NCBI GenBank assembly: GCA_951406725.2
Contig: OX597823.1
Location: 20,956,001 to 21,020,000, forward strand
Direction of reading: 5' to 3'
Origin: Octopus vulgaris
Lineage: Eukaryota
Length of the DNA: 64,000 nucleotides
This document shows, piece after piece, positions 42,644 to 56,859 of the stretch (positions are counted from its first letter, which is position 1; every line of letters starts with the position of its first letter). The notes under the pieces were generated by a model, which was not told where the DNA came from, searched no databases, and saw only the letters and a program-made list of their open reading frames with translations. The position numbers were made by a program, and so were the translations under genes.

Positions 42644-44004
42644 TATAGAACAAAAGTTACGCCAGCACTATGAAATAGCCAGAGATGAAATGACCAGAGA
42701 TGAAATGGCCAGAGATGATGTATACAGATTGCCCAACTCTTGCTGCCAAAAACTTCCGGATTATACACATTCGAAACGGTGTATCAGCACAAGCAAGTGA
42801 CAATGAAGTTCTCGGAAAAATGGAGAAACTCTTCCAATGAAAAACATGTGGAAATGAATCTACCCTGAATAGAAATAATCCCTATAATAATAGGTGATTC
42901 GCGAAACAGCTATCACCATCGTACTGACATACACTTAATCCAAACTGCAGAACTTACGAAGACGCGCATCACGCGGAAAGTAACACTATTTGACACTGCA
43001 CATATATCGCTTAGGATGATTTTAATACTGTAAAAATAACAAGGTCAAAACTAAACACTGTCACCACCCCAGTCACACAGAGCTGACCACGGTAATATAA
43101 GACAAGTGAATGATGGTGATGATGATGATAAGGAGGAGGAGGAGATGGAGGATGAAGAAGACGAGGAGACGGATGGCGGTGGTGGTAATGGTGATGATAG
43201 CGGTGGTGTTGGTGATGGTGGTGGTGGTGGTGGAGGTGACCAAACACAAGCGTATTGATATTTAGGGATCAATGAAAATCTATGTGGTGGTGGTAGTGGT
43301 GATGATGATGGTGATGATGGTGGTAGTGGTGGTGGTGGTGGTGGTGGTGGTGGTGGTGGTGATGGCGATAATGATGATGAGGAGTTGGAGTAGGAAGAAG
43401 TGGATGATGGTGGTAATGATGATGATGATGTTGGTGGCGGTGGTGGCGGTGGTGGTGGTGGTGGTGGTGATGGAGGCGGTGGTCGTCATTGTGATGGTGG
43501 TCATGATGATGATGATGATAATGGCCGGAAAATAAATGAATAAGTAATTTACTGAATCATTCGTAAAATATATTGATCTTTTGCAAGAGTTCATCCTGAC
43601 TAGCGACCGGATATTTTGTGTAAACAACCAATAAAGGACAACAACAACACCAAACGATTGAATCTTCTGAAGCAAAATGAAATGCATACTTTAAATTTTG
43701 TCCTAAAAATGCTTTTTTTCAAAACTCGGTGTCTCAACAGCAAAAATTTTCCTCATTGGCACGGTGGATTCTGTGCTTTAATGGCCCTGGATGAAAGTTC
43801 CAGTTAGGGCCTCCTATGTTAAACAGGTCAAAGACTAATATGGACTGCCACGTTCTGAGATTAAAAAAATGGGTTTGCGTAGGGCCAACACCCCTGCCAA
43901 GAAGAAAGCAAAGTTACAGAAACATGAATGAGAATACAAAACCGACGCGACCTGAGAGAGGATAACCTTCCGAAAGGACAAACCATTGTTGAAAACAGTG
44001 CTGA

Positions 44005-44200
44005 AAAGCCGTCGATAACCTGTGTTCTATAGGCCACTATAGCAACGTAAAATAAAGCCGTCAATAGCCTATGTTCTATAGGCCACTCTAGCAGCATGAA
44101 ATAAAGCCATCTTTATCCTATGTTCAATAGGCTACTCTAGCAAAGTGAAATAAAGCCGTTGTAGACTATGTTCTATAGGCCACTATAGCAACGTCAAATA
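44005..44200. repeat. 49-bp minisatellite x4
   Basis: gcc.t anchor at 44008, 44057, 44106, 44155; unit contains ctataggccactatag. Confidence 0.9.
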
Positions 44201-44790
44201 AGGTGTTCTGCACAATGGCAGAACACCAGAAGAATACTACTGGCCAATAGAAACAGAATAACACAAACAAAAATATGAATGAATCAGGAGATGAAACTGA
44301 TTCAAGAGGAGAAATTCCTAAAGATGGAAACAATGAATCGGATAATAATTTAAAGATAGAAATAATTAAAGAATTATAATCAATAGATCTTTATATGGAG
44401 AACGAAATTATGTCCAAGTAGAAAACGCGACAATGAAATAGTAACAATAAAAGATGTAAAATTGACCATCACAGATTTATCAAAAGTGGTTACAACTGAC
44501 AATGTTAGCAGATGAAAAGAAGTAATATATTTAGCAGTGGCAGAGTTAGTTACAAAGACAATTGGATGTCCCTCATATCTAACCATATGTGAATATCGAA
44601 AACAAAGCAAGTAATATTGTAAATATCATGCTGAAATAGAAAAATATGTTCAGAATAGAACAGAAAAAAACGTATAAGTACAAGAGAAATATAGCATAAT
44701 TCAGGGGATGGAAGAACACGTGAAGAAAGCTAAACAGTAAAGAAATCAATGACAAGAAATTTGGTGATGTTTCGAACAAACAAATCATTC

Positions 44791-45218
44791 TACTTTACTC
44801 TTTTACTCTTTTACTTGTTTCAGTCATTTGACTACGGCCATGCTGGAGCACCGCCTTTAGTCGAGCAAATCGACCCCGGGACTTATTCCTTGTAAGCCTA
44901 GTACTTATTCTATCGGTCTCTTTTGCCGAACCGCTAAGTGACGGGGACGTAAGCACACCAGCATCGGTTGTCAAGCAATGCTAGGGGAACAAACACAGAC
45001 ACACAAACATATACACACACATACATATATATATATATACATGTACATATATACGACAGGCTTCTTTCAGTTTCCATCTACCAAATCCACTCACAAAGCA
45101 TTGGTCAGCCCCAGGCTATAGCAGAAGACACTTGCCCAAGATGCCACGCAGTGGGACTGAACCCGGAACCATGTGGTTGGTAAGCAAGCTACTTACCACA
45201 TAGCCACTCCTGCGCCTA
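44791..45218 (-). mobile_element. SINE family C, full length
   Basis: Head ggcgcaggagtggctatgtggtaag..gggttcagtccc; tail ggcggtgctccagcatggcc..gactgaaac(aagagtaa)n. Confidence 0.88.
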
Positions 45219-45807
45219 TAAAGAAATTCTTAAAGAACTGCACCTTTAAAAGAAATTCTTAAAGAACTGAATAAAAAATAAAGAATAAATCAAGGACAAC
45301 ACCAACAGCAAAGGTATTAAAATATTCCTGGGTAAACATAAAGAACGTGAAAGAATCGTTATGACCCAGAATTGTTGAGCATAACACTTGAAAACGGTGG
45401 GAGATAATAACGAAATAATAATGAATCCAGACGCTTGAGAAACAAATACCTGAAAGGAAACAGCAGATAATGAAATCTGAGTAAACGGTTAAAATAGTTC
45501 GTCGGGATAATTAATAAAACACTGAAGGACACCGAAACAATACCTGACTGGTTTGCTGACTTCACTGATACCATATTATCTTAATCTCTAAGACTGAAGA
45601 AACAGCAAAATCTAAAGGTTAGAGATTAAAGATTTTCCGTGATACCTCTTAAAGCTTTAAACTGCCGTAATATGGTGGCGAACAAACACCCGAAAAAAGA
45701 AACAGTTTGTCTCCTAAGTCGGGCTGTAGAGCTCATTCGTTTACAAATATCAATTATTGATCAACAAAAACATACCCGAATGCTGTTGAAACACTGTTCA
45801 TCATATA

Positions 45808-46036
45808 TATTTCTTTACTACCCACAAGGGGCTAAACACAGAGGAGACAAACAAGGACAGACAAACGGATTAAGTCGATTACATCGACCCCAGTGCGTAA
45901 CTGGTACTTAATTTATCGACCCCGGAAGGATGAAAGGCAAAGTCGACCTGGGCGGAATTTGAACTCAGAACGTAACGACAGACGAAATACCGCTAAGCAT
46001 TTCGCCCGGCGCGCTAACGTGTCTGCCAGCTCGCCG
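45808..46036 (-). mobile_element. SINE family A monomer with 14-bp TSD
   Basis: TSD ctgttcatcatata at 45794-45807 and 46037-46050. Confidence 0.92.
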
Positions 46037-47193
46037 CTGTTCATCATATAGATTGCCTACCAGTCACGTGTTTTTGTAGAGTGCAACATATTTATATACG
46101 GGAAACGTTAATTAAAAGTAATGTAGCATCACCAATAATCAGGTACATTAAATACTTCATAAATAAATAACATGCAACACTGTAAGTACAGATAGAAAGA
46201 GGAACTATAATAATTAGCCCTAATCCTATTAGGAATATTTAATAGCCTTTTGTAAATGTTCTTCCCTTTTTACTGTATTGTATTCTGTCTAGGACATTTA
46301 TTCATAAGTATTTATAAGTTTATGTCTGCTGTAATCTGCTTCATTCTGTTTTTCTTTAAAATGATATTAATACTCTTAAGTACTTTCCTCCTTTCAATGT
46401 TGTCTCGGTACATATTTCATATTATTAACTTTAATAAATCTGTAAACTATCGGTAGTAGTCTCTTCTGTGGCTTATCTGCAAAGTACCACTTGCCGTTGC
46501 TCATATTAAAAGTTGAACAAACTTTTCCACAACAGCGTTTGTATTTGAATCTATTCTGGGTTAATTTCGCGTTTCACAGTGTTAGCGCCAGGAAGAAAGC
46601 GACTGGAAAGACAGTGTTCGCTCAGAATAAAATTTGTTTAATAGAGATCTGAGCTAATCTTTTTAGAAATCCACTTTCCTGTATCTAAGGAATAGTTGCT
46701 CTCCTCCCTTAGCTACAAAATAATGCACGCACAATCACGACAGTTACAGGGATTTCATACAATGGATATTATTGTCAGCATTTTGAAAATAGAACAGATA
46801 AATATTTGAGTGATTCACTGAAAAAACGAGTGTACACTGGGATAAGGCAATCTAAGCAGATCGGGGCAACTCTAAAAAGCTGGATATCGTTGTCAAGGAT
46901 CACGCAGATAATAAAGTATCTATCAACGAATAGGAAAAAATATTGATATAGAAGTGTCTTGAAATATAATAACTACCACAACTGGTAACAGGAACAACCC
47001 CTTTAAATAATAGTTGCATTGAGACTGAACGAAAGCATATGGAGAAATACATGTCTTAACGCCTAGTCCATACAAATATATCCAAAATAAGTCAGCGGAT
47101 TCTACACATATATTATATATGATAATTTCAATTGAACAGTAACAGCAAAACAAAGCCAATGCTCTACAGTTACTGAATGTATCATTTCAAAAA

Positions 47194-47430
47194 GGGCGGC
47201 GAGCTGGCAGAATCGTTAGCACGCCGGGCGAAATGCTTAGCGGCATTTCGTCTGCCGTTACGTTCTGAGTTCAAATTCCACCGATGTCGACTTTGCCTTT
47301 TATCCTTTCGGGGTCGATAAATTAAGTACTTGTTACGCACTGGGGTCGATGTAATCAGCTTAATGCCTTCGTCTGTCCTCGTCTGCCACCTCTGTGTTTA
47401 TCTCCGCTCCTGTGGGCAATAAAGAAATAC
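47194..47430 (+). mobile_element. SINE family A monomer
   Basis: Full head to tail 1; TSD-like tatcatt.caaaaa on both sides. Confidence 0.88.
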
Positions 47431-48211
47431 ATATATCATTACAAAAATTGCCTTTGTAACTATTCGTTTGCCTTCAAATAAGCCACATTCTACTAACACA
47501 AATTGCGACTATATCGGTATATAAATTGTAATTATATATCAACTGGAATAAATCTAGAGAAGAACATTAACGATATTACTCTCAATGTTACGGTTTTGTA
47601 TTTGATTAGAGAGATTCGTGATGCTAATTCTTGTGTTGAAAGTTAGTCTTTTGTCTCTCTTCATAGTGTTAATAATAAACACACGCACTGGTATTACTCA
47701 CTTTATTTCTCTTGATTTGTCTTTGTAACTTATATCGTTAATCAAATTTATTCGCTCTTTTGAAAGAAGTATCACGTCAGCATTGTAGTTGTGTGATTCC
47801 AAATTTTCTTTTAACTTGAAGCATAAACACACAATCAGCTTGGTTATGAGTCTTAGCCACAGAAATTCTAATAAGGATGTAAAATCTCACAATGTTTATA
47901 ATGCGAAATAGCTTCATCAAGATGTGTTAGACAGAATTAAATCAGAATCCCAACTAAATATCTCAGACATTAACACTGAAATGACTTAATCAATTGATAA
48001 TGTAACTCGGGATTCGCCCGGATCACTGCATAATACACACAGCTGAAATATCGAGACTGCCAATAGAAATAAATGAATGCAGTGGCTAAGGTAGAATAGG
48101 TGAGAGAATTACAGAAAATTCTGAAGGTAAAATTCATACCAACTAAAAAGAGTACAATATGATCGTAATCAATAGAAATGATCAACTGTGTACTTGAAAT
48201 AAATGTATTCA

Positions 48212-48581
48212 TTTATTCTTTTTCTTGTTTCAGTCATATGACTGGGGTCATGCTGGAGCACCACCTTAAAGAGTGTTAGTCGAAGAAATCGGCACTAGGA
48301 CTTATTATATCGGTCTATTTTGCTGAACTGCTACGTTATGGGCACACAAAACAAACTAGCATCGGTTGTCAAGCGATGGCGGGGGGATAAACGCAGACAC
48401 ACAAATATATACATACAGTCATATCTACACATATATAGATATACATACATACATACATGCATACATACATACATGCATGCATACATACATACATACATAC
48501 ATACATACATACATACATACATACATACATACATTCATTCATACATACATACATACATACATACATACATTCATTCATACA

Positions 48582-48617
<36 letters not shown>

Positions 48618-48800
48618 TAGAGAGAGATATATATACACACAACGGGGTTCTTCCAATTTCCGTCTACCAAATCCACTCACAAAACTTTGGTCGGCGCGAG
48701 GCTATAGTAGGGGACACTTGCCGGACGTGCCACGCACAGGGGCTGAACCCAGAACCATGAGGTTGGTAAGCAAGCTTCTTACCCCATAGCCACGCCTGCG
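48212..48800 (-). mobile_element. SINE family C with expanded internal (ATAC)n
   Basis: Same head and tail as the 44791 copy. Confidence 0.8.
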
Positions 48801-49025
48801 GTTATATATGAATGTAAATAACGAAATACATGCGTAAAACAACCCTACATGACATAGCGTATGATACAGTGTTTGTAGTAACTCGAGCCATCGATATCAC
48901 AATATTCAGGAAAAAACTAGATAACTCCTAGCCGATCCTCAGATCCTACAGAATATCAATCTTAAGGCGTTGTTCTTAAACGATACCATATTTGGTATTA
49001 TAGCAACAATAAATGTTAACCGCCA

Positions 49026-49370
49026 GGGACATGAAGGCCTGCAACATCAATATTAGCGGTTGGGAGGCAGTTGCCGGCAACCGTGGAGAATGGCGACGTA
49101 CAGTAAAAGAGGGAATACAAAGGAGTGACAGAGAGAGAGAGGAGAAATGGAAAGAAAGGAAGAGACGTAAACAAGAGACTATGGCACTACAACCAGCCAG
49201 GAACAGTCTTCGCTACATTTGCGGTACCTGCCAGAGGGAGTGTTTGTCCAGGATAGGACTACACAGCCACAGCAGGAAATGTATCAGGACATGAAATATA
49301 AAAGCCGGACTAGACTAATTCATGCGCAACTCCATTGTCTCCCGAGACAGAAAGGATGCCAATACAATAC
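49026..49370 (+). mobile_element. RTE-clade LINE 3' stub with C2H2 finger and 15-bp TSD
   Basis: WEAVAGNRGEWRRTV..YICGTCQRECLSRIGLHSHSRKC; TSD aaatgttaaccgcca at 49011 and 49371; (caata)n tail. Confidence 0.88.
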
Positions 49371-50289
49371 AAATGTTAACCGCCAATAGAAGCTCGTAAA
49401 CGCACCTGTCGATATTTAATTCAGTCTATCATCTCGTGTAGAAGTGGTGATGAGACGCCGGCTAGCTTCAAAGCTCCACTTTCATTTGCACCGCTACATC
49501 CATACAAAACACTTTGGAGCATTCATCGTTTTCTTAATAAATTGGCTTTGTCACGGACATTTCACGAAGTGAGTCCTATAGCTACCAGTGGATTTGTCGG
49601 TTGATTTATCCAGGCACGCTTTACATCGTATAGCGAGAAAGTGGGGAAGAGAAAGACTGAGAAAGGCAAGAGAAAGATACAGAGTTATCATATGTGATAC
49701 AGAATGAGTACAAATACTGAACCTAGTGGCATGTAATGAGTAAAGGCACGCTACGGGCGCACACACACACACACATACACACACATGTATGCATTATTAT
49801 TTATCTTAATCCAAGGGCATAAAGCACGCCAAAGAGTCTACTACTACTACTACTACTACTACTATTACTACTACTACTACTATTACTACTACTGTAGCTG
49901 TAAAATGCGAGAAAGAAAGAAATGTTTCGCAAGCTGAAATTCTATTGCTTGTGAAGAAAATTCTTCTTCGTCAACAACTAGGTGTAATTTGAACTCCATC
50001 ATCGTAACCTCTCATAAATCTGAACAGAATTTCATGTTACCGAGAAGGAGACTGGTAATATGAAACGACGATAATCTGATAAGTGGAAACCGGTTGCCAG
50101 CTTGAAATAAACAAACACACTATATACATAATTCATAGAAAATATCGATGGACCAATTACTGCAGTATTTGTCCCGAGAGAGCATTTTTTGAGCGCTTTT
50201 GTTTGAAAATCATAATAAATATCAGAAAGGGACGAAAGTGTTTTCCCCAGGAGTTGTCAGCGACAGAACATTTTGCGTTGCTGGCAACT

Positions 50290-50668
50290 GGATGGGAAGC
50301 ACTCCGTCGGTTACGACAACGAGGGTTCCGGTTGATCCGAATCAACGGAACAGCCTGCTCGTGAAATTAACGTGTAAGTGGCTGAGCACTCCACAGACAC
50401 GTGTACCCTTAACGTAGTTCCCGGAGATATTCAGCGTGACATAGAGAGTGACAAGGCTTTGAAATACAGGTACAACAGAAACAGGAAGTAAGAGTGAGAG
50501 AAAGTTGCGGTGAAAGAGTACAGCAGGGATCACCACCATCCCCTGCTGGAGCCTCGTGTAGGTGTTTTCGCTCAATAAACACTCACAACGCCCGGTCTGG
50601 GAATCGAAACCGCAATCCTATGACCGCGAGTCCGCTGCCCTAACCACTGGGCCATTGCGCCTCCACTA
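50290..50668 (-). mobile_element. tRNA-derived SINE family B
   Basis: A box tggcccagtgg, B box gtttcgattccc; TSD ctggcaact at 50281 and 50669. Confidence 0.9.
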
Positions 50669-51575
50669 CTGGCAACTAGTGACATGCACAAATGATAATT
50701 CATTGATTCCGATATAAAGAAAAGCGAATAAGAAATTCACTCATGTTGCAAATATTTGCCGAGACGATTCAAAATCCTGTATGTGAAATAGAAGTAGTAT
50801 TTAATGAAAATAGTCATCTTCATATCATACTTGTATGTACATGTATATACACCGTCAACGGGTCATTTGCTACAGTATTTGTCCCGATATGGAGGATTTT
50901 TTATGGATTCGCTATGTTAAAAAGACAATGAATATCAAAGAGAGTGAGCCTAACATTCGTCCTTCTATACACATAAAACTTATTAGCCACTATTGATTAA
51001 TATTTATCTCTATAATATGAAGATATATTAAGAACTAAAATAAGAAATATTAGAGTAATTCATATTGGATTTACATCATCACATATTTATATAGCATAGC
51101 TCTCCGACATTCTCTTCAGTATAAACGTTAATATATTGAAAATTATTCCTGTATGGGCGTCAAATGTTATTGAATTCTCTAAAGAACACGACCAATAAAA
51201 TTATGGATAGGACAGCAAAATTTAAGGAGAATCGAATAAATTATATTTAATATTAATGTTTGAGTATTTTGTTAAAGCATCTTTACATAGGTTTGTATGC
51301 ATACATACGTACACATAAACGCTTATATGTATATATGTGTGTGTGTGTATGAGGTTTATAATTATGAACAAATATGAACACCTATATATATATATATATA
51401 AATAATAAATATTAGGGAATAAATCCAAATTTACAGGGAAAAAAATCAGATTTAGGATTAAATCCAATTTTATAGTAAAATATTATAAAATATTATTAGA
51501 GACAAAACCACTATTTTGCAAAACAAACAAGGAAAGACTTAATCAATACATAAAATTTTAATAAATAGTCCAAAA

Positions 51576-51699
<124 letters not shown>

Positions 51700-52152
51700 G
51701 TTCATAAGTATGTATATTTATGTCCCCGCCTGTGTCTGCGCGCACGCGTTGTTTGTATTTCATAATGTCCGAAATTTCGTTCAGCCTTATAATATTCTTT
51801 GACATTCAGTTTTCTTCTCCATATTTCTTATATCCTGAGATGCCCGTGCGCGTGTGTGTATGTAGACATGTGTGTTACACTTACAACATATACGAGTATA
51901 TATTTATGAAAAGTGTACGTGCGTTCTGTTTTCTGTACCTGCTTATACATTCAATAAAATAGCTTTCGGATTTCATGTAACCAATATTCATCTTCAATGC
52001 AGAAACATAAGACGCTTATAAATAATTACATGCACAGAGATAAAATATAAACTTATATAAATATATCTCCATACATGTAAACAGACATACATTTACATTT
52101 ACGTATGTACGTCTGTTTGTATGTAGGCATGTATGTATGTATGTTAAAACTA

Positions 52153-52211
<59 letters not shown>

Positions 52212-53573
52212 CATATATATATAAACATATATATATATACATATATATATATATAAATACATATATATAAGCATATATATGTATATATATACACATATAT
52301 ATTCACATATATATGTATGTATATGTACATGTATATATTTATGTATATATATTTGTGTGTATATATATAATGTGCGTGTGTGTGTATATCTGTATCTGTA
52401 TACAGTTATATGTTTATATACATATATACATATATACATATATCAATTTATATATCTAGCTATATATATAAATACATCTTTATATAAACATACATATAAA
52501 CATAAATGTGTGTGTGTGTGCGTATTTGTGTATGTGTTTGTGTGTGTGTATTTTCACGGATATGTATGCATATATACACATGCATACAAACAAACAGAAC
52601 CCGTTATGTTTTAGGTATTCCGCTCAAACTAAGACAGGAGGTCAAATATATAGAGAAAGCTCAGGAAATTACTGCAATGATGCTTGATGAATAAAGACAG
52701 ACAGCTATGATAAACTTCACAATCAATATTTGGTGTGTGAGGAGGTGAGATCCCAGTGCAATATGGAATCTATATTGCTAACGGAAGTGACACACTCTAA
52801 AGAAGCCATGTTTAAACTGAACGGATGTTCAGCAAGTCAGCATTGAAACCTTGTAGCAAAGTAGTTTATATATGTGTGCTTCTGTGTGTGCATATATGTA
52901 TAAATGTGTATATATACATATAAATAAATATATATACATATATGAATATATGTATATGGATATCTATGCGTTTGTGAGTGTTAATAAATGTCATATATTC
53001 ATACACATATGTATATGCATGTATATATATGTGTGTGTGTGTGTGTATTCGTGGAAGTGTGTACAGATATATATGTATATATATATATATTTGTATATAT
53101 ACATATGTATATATATATATATGAATATATGCATATATATGTTTATCTATACGTTTATGAGTGTTAATACAGGTCATATACATATACATATATATATATA
53201 CACAAGCATATATATGTGTGAGTGTGTTTACACGCATAGACTTGTATGTATATGCAAGCATGTTTCCAGGTATGTTTGTCGCGTGTATATGTATGTAAGT
53301 ATATATGTATGTATGTTTGTTTGTAAGTGTATGTATATCACTGTGTTTTTGTATCAAAATATGTTTCTCTTCATAAAGGAAGGGGGACCGAAAAGAAACT
53401 ATAGCTAAAAAACTCAATACCTAATCTAAAGAATAGAATAAGAATAGAAATGGAGGATTATACTTTGTGTTTTAATTTAGAAGAAACGAAAATGTATCGT
53501 AGCTCTTCGTTTCGACATTCGAAACTCCGAGTACTATAACGATGACCTTTGACACTGTTCTGAATTATTATAA

Positions 53574-53626
<53 letters not shown>

Positions 53627-53655
53627 CGTTTGTGTGTGTGTGTGTGTGTGTGTAT

Positions 53656-53989
53656 TCGTGATGCCCTTCGGTCAGGAATGACCATGAGATTGTACTTAGA
53701 AAATTACCCTCCGAGGCACAAATCCGGGCAAGGTTGTTTATCGCTCGCCCGTGTATACCAGCCTCCTCTCTCCACACCAATGATGTTAAATCGAAAGGAA
53801 AGGCAAAGGAGCAGATACAGCTAAGTACCAGTGACGGCAGAATTCATTTCCACAGCTGAGTGGACTAGGGCAATGTGAAATGAAGTGTCTTGCTCAAGAA
53901 CACAACACGCAGCCCGCTCCGAGAATCGAAATCACAACCTCGCGATCGTAAACTCGATGCTCTAACCATTGAGATATGCGTCATCACAA

Positions 53990-53990
<1 letters not shown>
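53656..53990 (-). mobile_element. tRNA-derived SINE, fourth family
   Basis: Minus strand ctcaatggttagagca...tttcgattctc..ttgtgttcttgagcaagacact. Confidence 0.65.
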
Positions 53991-54028
<38 letters not shown>

Positions 54029-54174
54029 TGTGAAATATTTCAAAATATTTCAGGTAAAGCCGGAGTTTGTACATTTAAGAACAAGGAGTTACGTTCTTTT
54101 TACTTATGTGATATTTTGCCACCCAGGTAACTATTTATCTATTTTTCCCGTGTTAAATATTTACAAGGGAAAAG

Positions 54175-54255
<81 letters not shown>

Positions 54256-54409
54256 GCTTTGTTTATTTTCTCGTGTTCCTTTTTGTCGAAGAGCTTAGGC
54301 TCGAAAGGTAAAACGCTTTCTCATCTTCCCGAGCGTTAAACTAATACACATGTTTGTTGTTTATACATATGTCTCCGTCTTTTGTCTTTCTGTAAATTTC
54401 AGCTATGCA

Positions 54410-54466
<57 letters not shown>

Positions 54467-54592
54467 TATTTTCTATTTTCTGTAGCGTAGGCTCGAAACG
54501 TAAAAGACTTTCTCACTTCCCCAACGTTAAACTAATATATCTGTTTGCTGTTTACACTCCCATCTTCGTCTTTTTTTTTGTAAATTCTCACT
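54256..54592 (+). repeat. Two tandem ~140-bp pLTR-like units separated by (TA)n, each with a hammerhead-like 3' half
   Basis: gagc-ttag-gctc-gaaa-gg-ta and agc-gtag-gctc-gaaa-cg-ta-aaag, followed by shared ctttctca..cgttaaactaata..tgtaaatt. Confidence 0.6.
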
Positions 54593-54694
54593 ATATATGT
54601 GTGTGTGTGTGTGTATGTGTGTGAGTGTGTATGTATGTATGTATGTATGTATGTGCATGCATGCAAACTAGCGCTCTATCTTTCTCTCTATCTT

Positions 54695-54741
<47 letters not shown>

Positions 54742-55218
54742 TACATACTCTATACATACTGGTATGTATAGCACACAGGGCGCGCGCGAAAACAAGCTTC
54801 TTAAAATCATCTCATACCATATGTTGAAAGTACTATGTTACACATGTTACTGTGCACGTTGTTATTGATGATGATGATGATGATGATGGCTATGATTATG
54901 ATCACAGCGACGAGGTCGATGCTGAGTTCAACAAAACAGATGACGACGACACTGCGATGGTGTTCTAATGGTAGTAGTGGTGGTAGCGATGGTTGTCGTG
55001 GCGTCGATGGTATTGATGGTGATGGAGGAGTCATCGTTCTGATGCTTGTACTGAACTAGTGGCATAGATCGGATGAATATGAACAAAAATCGATTAATAT
55101 AGAGAAAGAAAATGAAAAAGATTCAATATGAGTACACATCTTCTAGGGAGAATAAAGAAGAAACAAGAATATTACTAAGAGTGATGACTAAAGAAATAGA
55201 GACACTAAATGTACTATT

Positions 55219-55268
<50 letters not shown>

Positions 55269-55300
55269 TAATAATAATAGTAATAATAATAATAATGATA

Positions 55301-55331
<31 letters not shown>

Positions 55332-55342
55332 TATTAATAATA

Positions 55343-55893
55343 GATGCAGTACCAGGCAGTGGCTCTCATGGCTTCTGATCTTAACTGATTGGAAGCGTTA
55401 TCATGTACGTTGTTTTGTCTTGGTATAAAAGATGGGCTACAGCAAATATTCTGCTCAATACCACATATTTGCTTCTCAGTTGTTTGACCGTAACCAGTTG
55501 AGCATGTCCCTTAGTGGCTGACGATATGTGCATCTTTGATCACGAGCAGAAGTTGTGGGGGAGCATCATAGCCATGTGTTGAGAGGGATTCTTTGGGGTT
55601 TGAATGGTTCACCTCTGGAAACATGGGTGGTTTTTTCAACATCCTTAAACAACCCTTATTCAGGGACCGTTTGAGCGGGATGGGCTACTCAACCTGAAGA
55701 AAATTCTAACTGGGCCCCACCTGCAAGGTCATGTGCTGTTTATCTTGATATGAGATCACCATGTCGCGCACATATGGTTGTGATTCATGTGCCTGGTGTA
55801 CCCTCATCAGACGGGTAGTCATGATGGTTATATTGGGCTTCGTATATTTTACCCCAGTGTCACTTTGATGGCATGAACTGCTCTCTCACTCAA
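55343..55893 (+). mobile_element. Full-length copy of the ~550-bp TAA-embedded non-coding element
   Basis: gatgcagtaccaggcagtgg...ctctctcactca between (TAA)n arrays. Confidence 0.85.
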
Positions 55894-55898
55894 TAATA

Positions 55899-55963
<65 letters not shown>

Positions 55964-56269
55964 CAAAATACAAAGACCTGGAAATAGATGTAACCAGAAT
56001 GTGGAATCTGAAAACAGAAACAATTCCTATCATAGTAGGTGCATTAGGCATGATAAAAAAATATTCAGACAAATACATAACAAAAACACCAGGACTTACA
56101 AACACATATAACATACAGGAAATTGCACTACTAGGCACAGCACACATCCTACGCAGAACACTTTCCATACAATAACCATCAGAGCATCACAACAAATCAC
56201 AACACATACCCAAGGCACACAGAGCTGCGCTCGGTAGTGAAGTGAAAGCACGCTATAAAAATAAAACTA

Positions 56270-56273
<4 letters not shown>
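55964..56273 (+). mobile_element. R4/Dong 3' stub (another subfamily): RLE C-terminus and 3' UTR
   Basis: KYKDLEIDVTRMWNLKTETIPIIVGALGMIKK..LLGTAHILRRTLSIQ*; (TAA)n on both sides. Confidence 0.88.
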
Positions 56274-56355
<82 letters not shown>

Positions 56356-56380
56356 TAATAATAATAATAAATATAACAAC

Positions 56381-56615
56381 AGTGACTCTCATGGCTTTTG
56401 ATCGTAACTGATTGGAAGTGTTATCATGTACATTGTCTTGTCTTGGTATAAAATGATGGGCTACAGCAATATTCTGCTGAGTACTACAGAATTGCTTCTC
56501 CGTTGCTTGACCTTAACCAGTTGAGGATGTTCCTTGGTGGCTGATGATAAGTGAATCTGTGATCACGAGCAGAAGTAGTGGGGGAGCATCATAGCCATAT
56601 GTTGAGAAGAATTCT
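56381..56615 (+). mobile_element. 5' part of the ~550-bp TAA-embedded element
   Basis: Matches ~55359-55590. Confidence 0.75.
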
Positions 56616-56859
56616 CTTAGCTAAGCCAGCAACGTGGGACCTCATTAATGAACAAATCTCAAAATATTTCGACGTGATTTTTCACCTAAATCAGAATTAT
56701 GGTTAAACAAGTTCACAATGTTAAATGCTTCATTAATTAGTCACTAAATGGCAAGTGCTAAACAACCAGACACTGTTTACGATGTTCAACTAGGAAGCTG
56801 ATAAAACGACTGAAATCAGTTTAATTTTATATCTTAGAATATTGCTCGTACCAAACGTC

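Larger units (their letters stand above)
43760..45620 (+). pseudogene. Probable decayed 5' half of an R4/Dong element, interrupted by a SINE
   Basis: A-rich coding-like sequence ending IINKTLKDTETIPDWF..LIPKTEETAK, like the region just upstream of an R4 RT; weak elsewhere. Confidence 0.4.

Noticed and set aside
43725-43810. HDV-like ribozyme at the 5' end of the decayed R4-like element
   Set aside because: Could not build the nested double pseudoknot by eye; needs an Infernal search.
55795-55820. CUGAUGA on the minus strand of the 550-bp element as a hammerhead
   Set aside because: Not conserved in the other copies (ctcataa, atgataa) and no correctly placed GAAA or stems.
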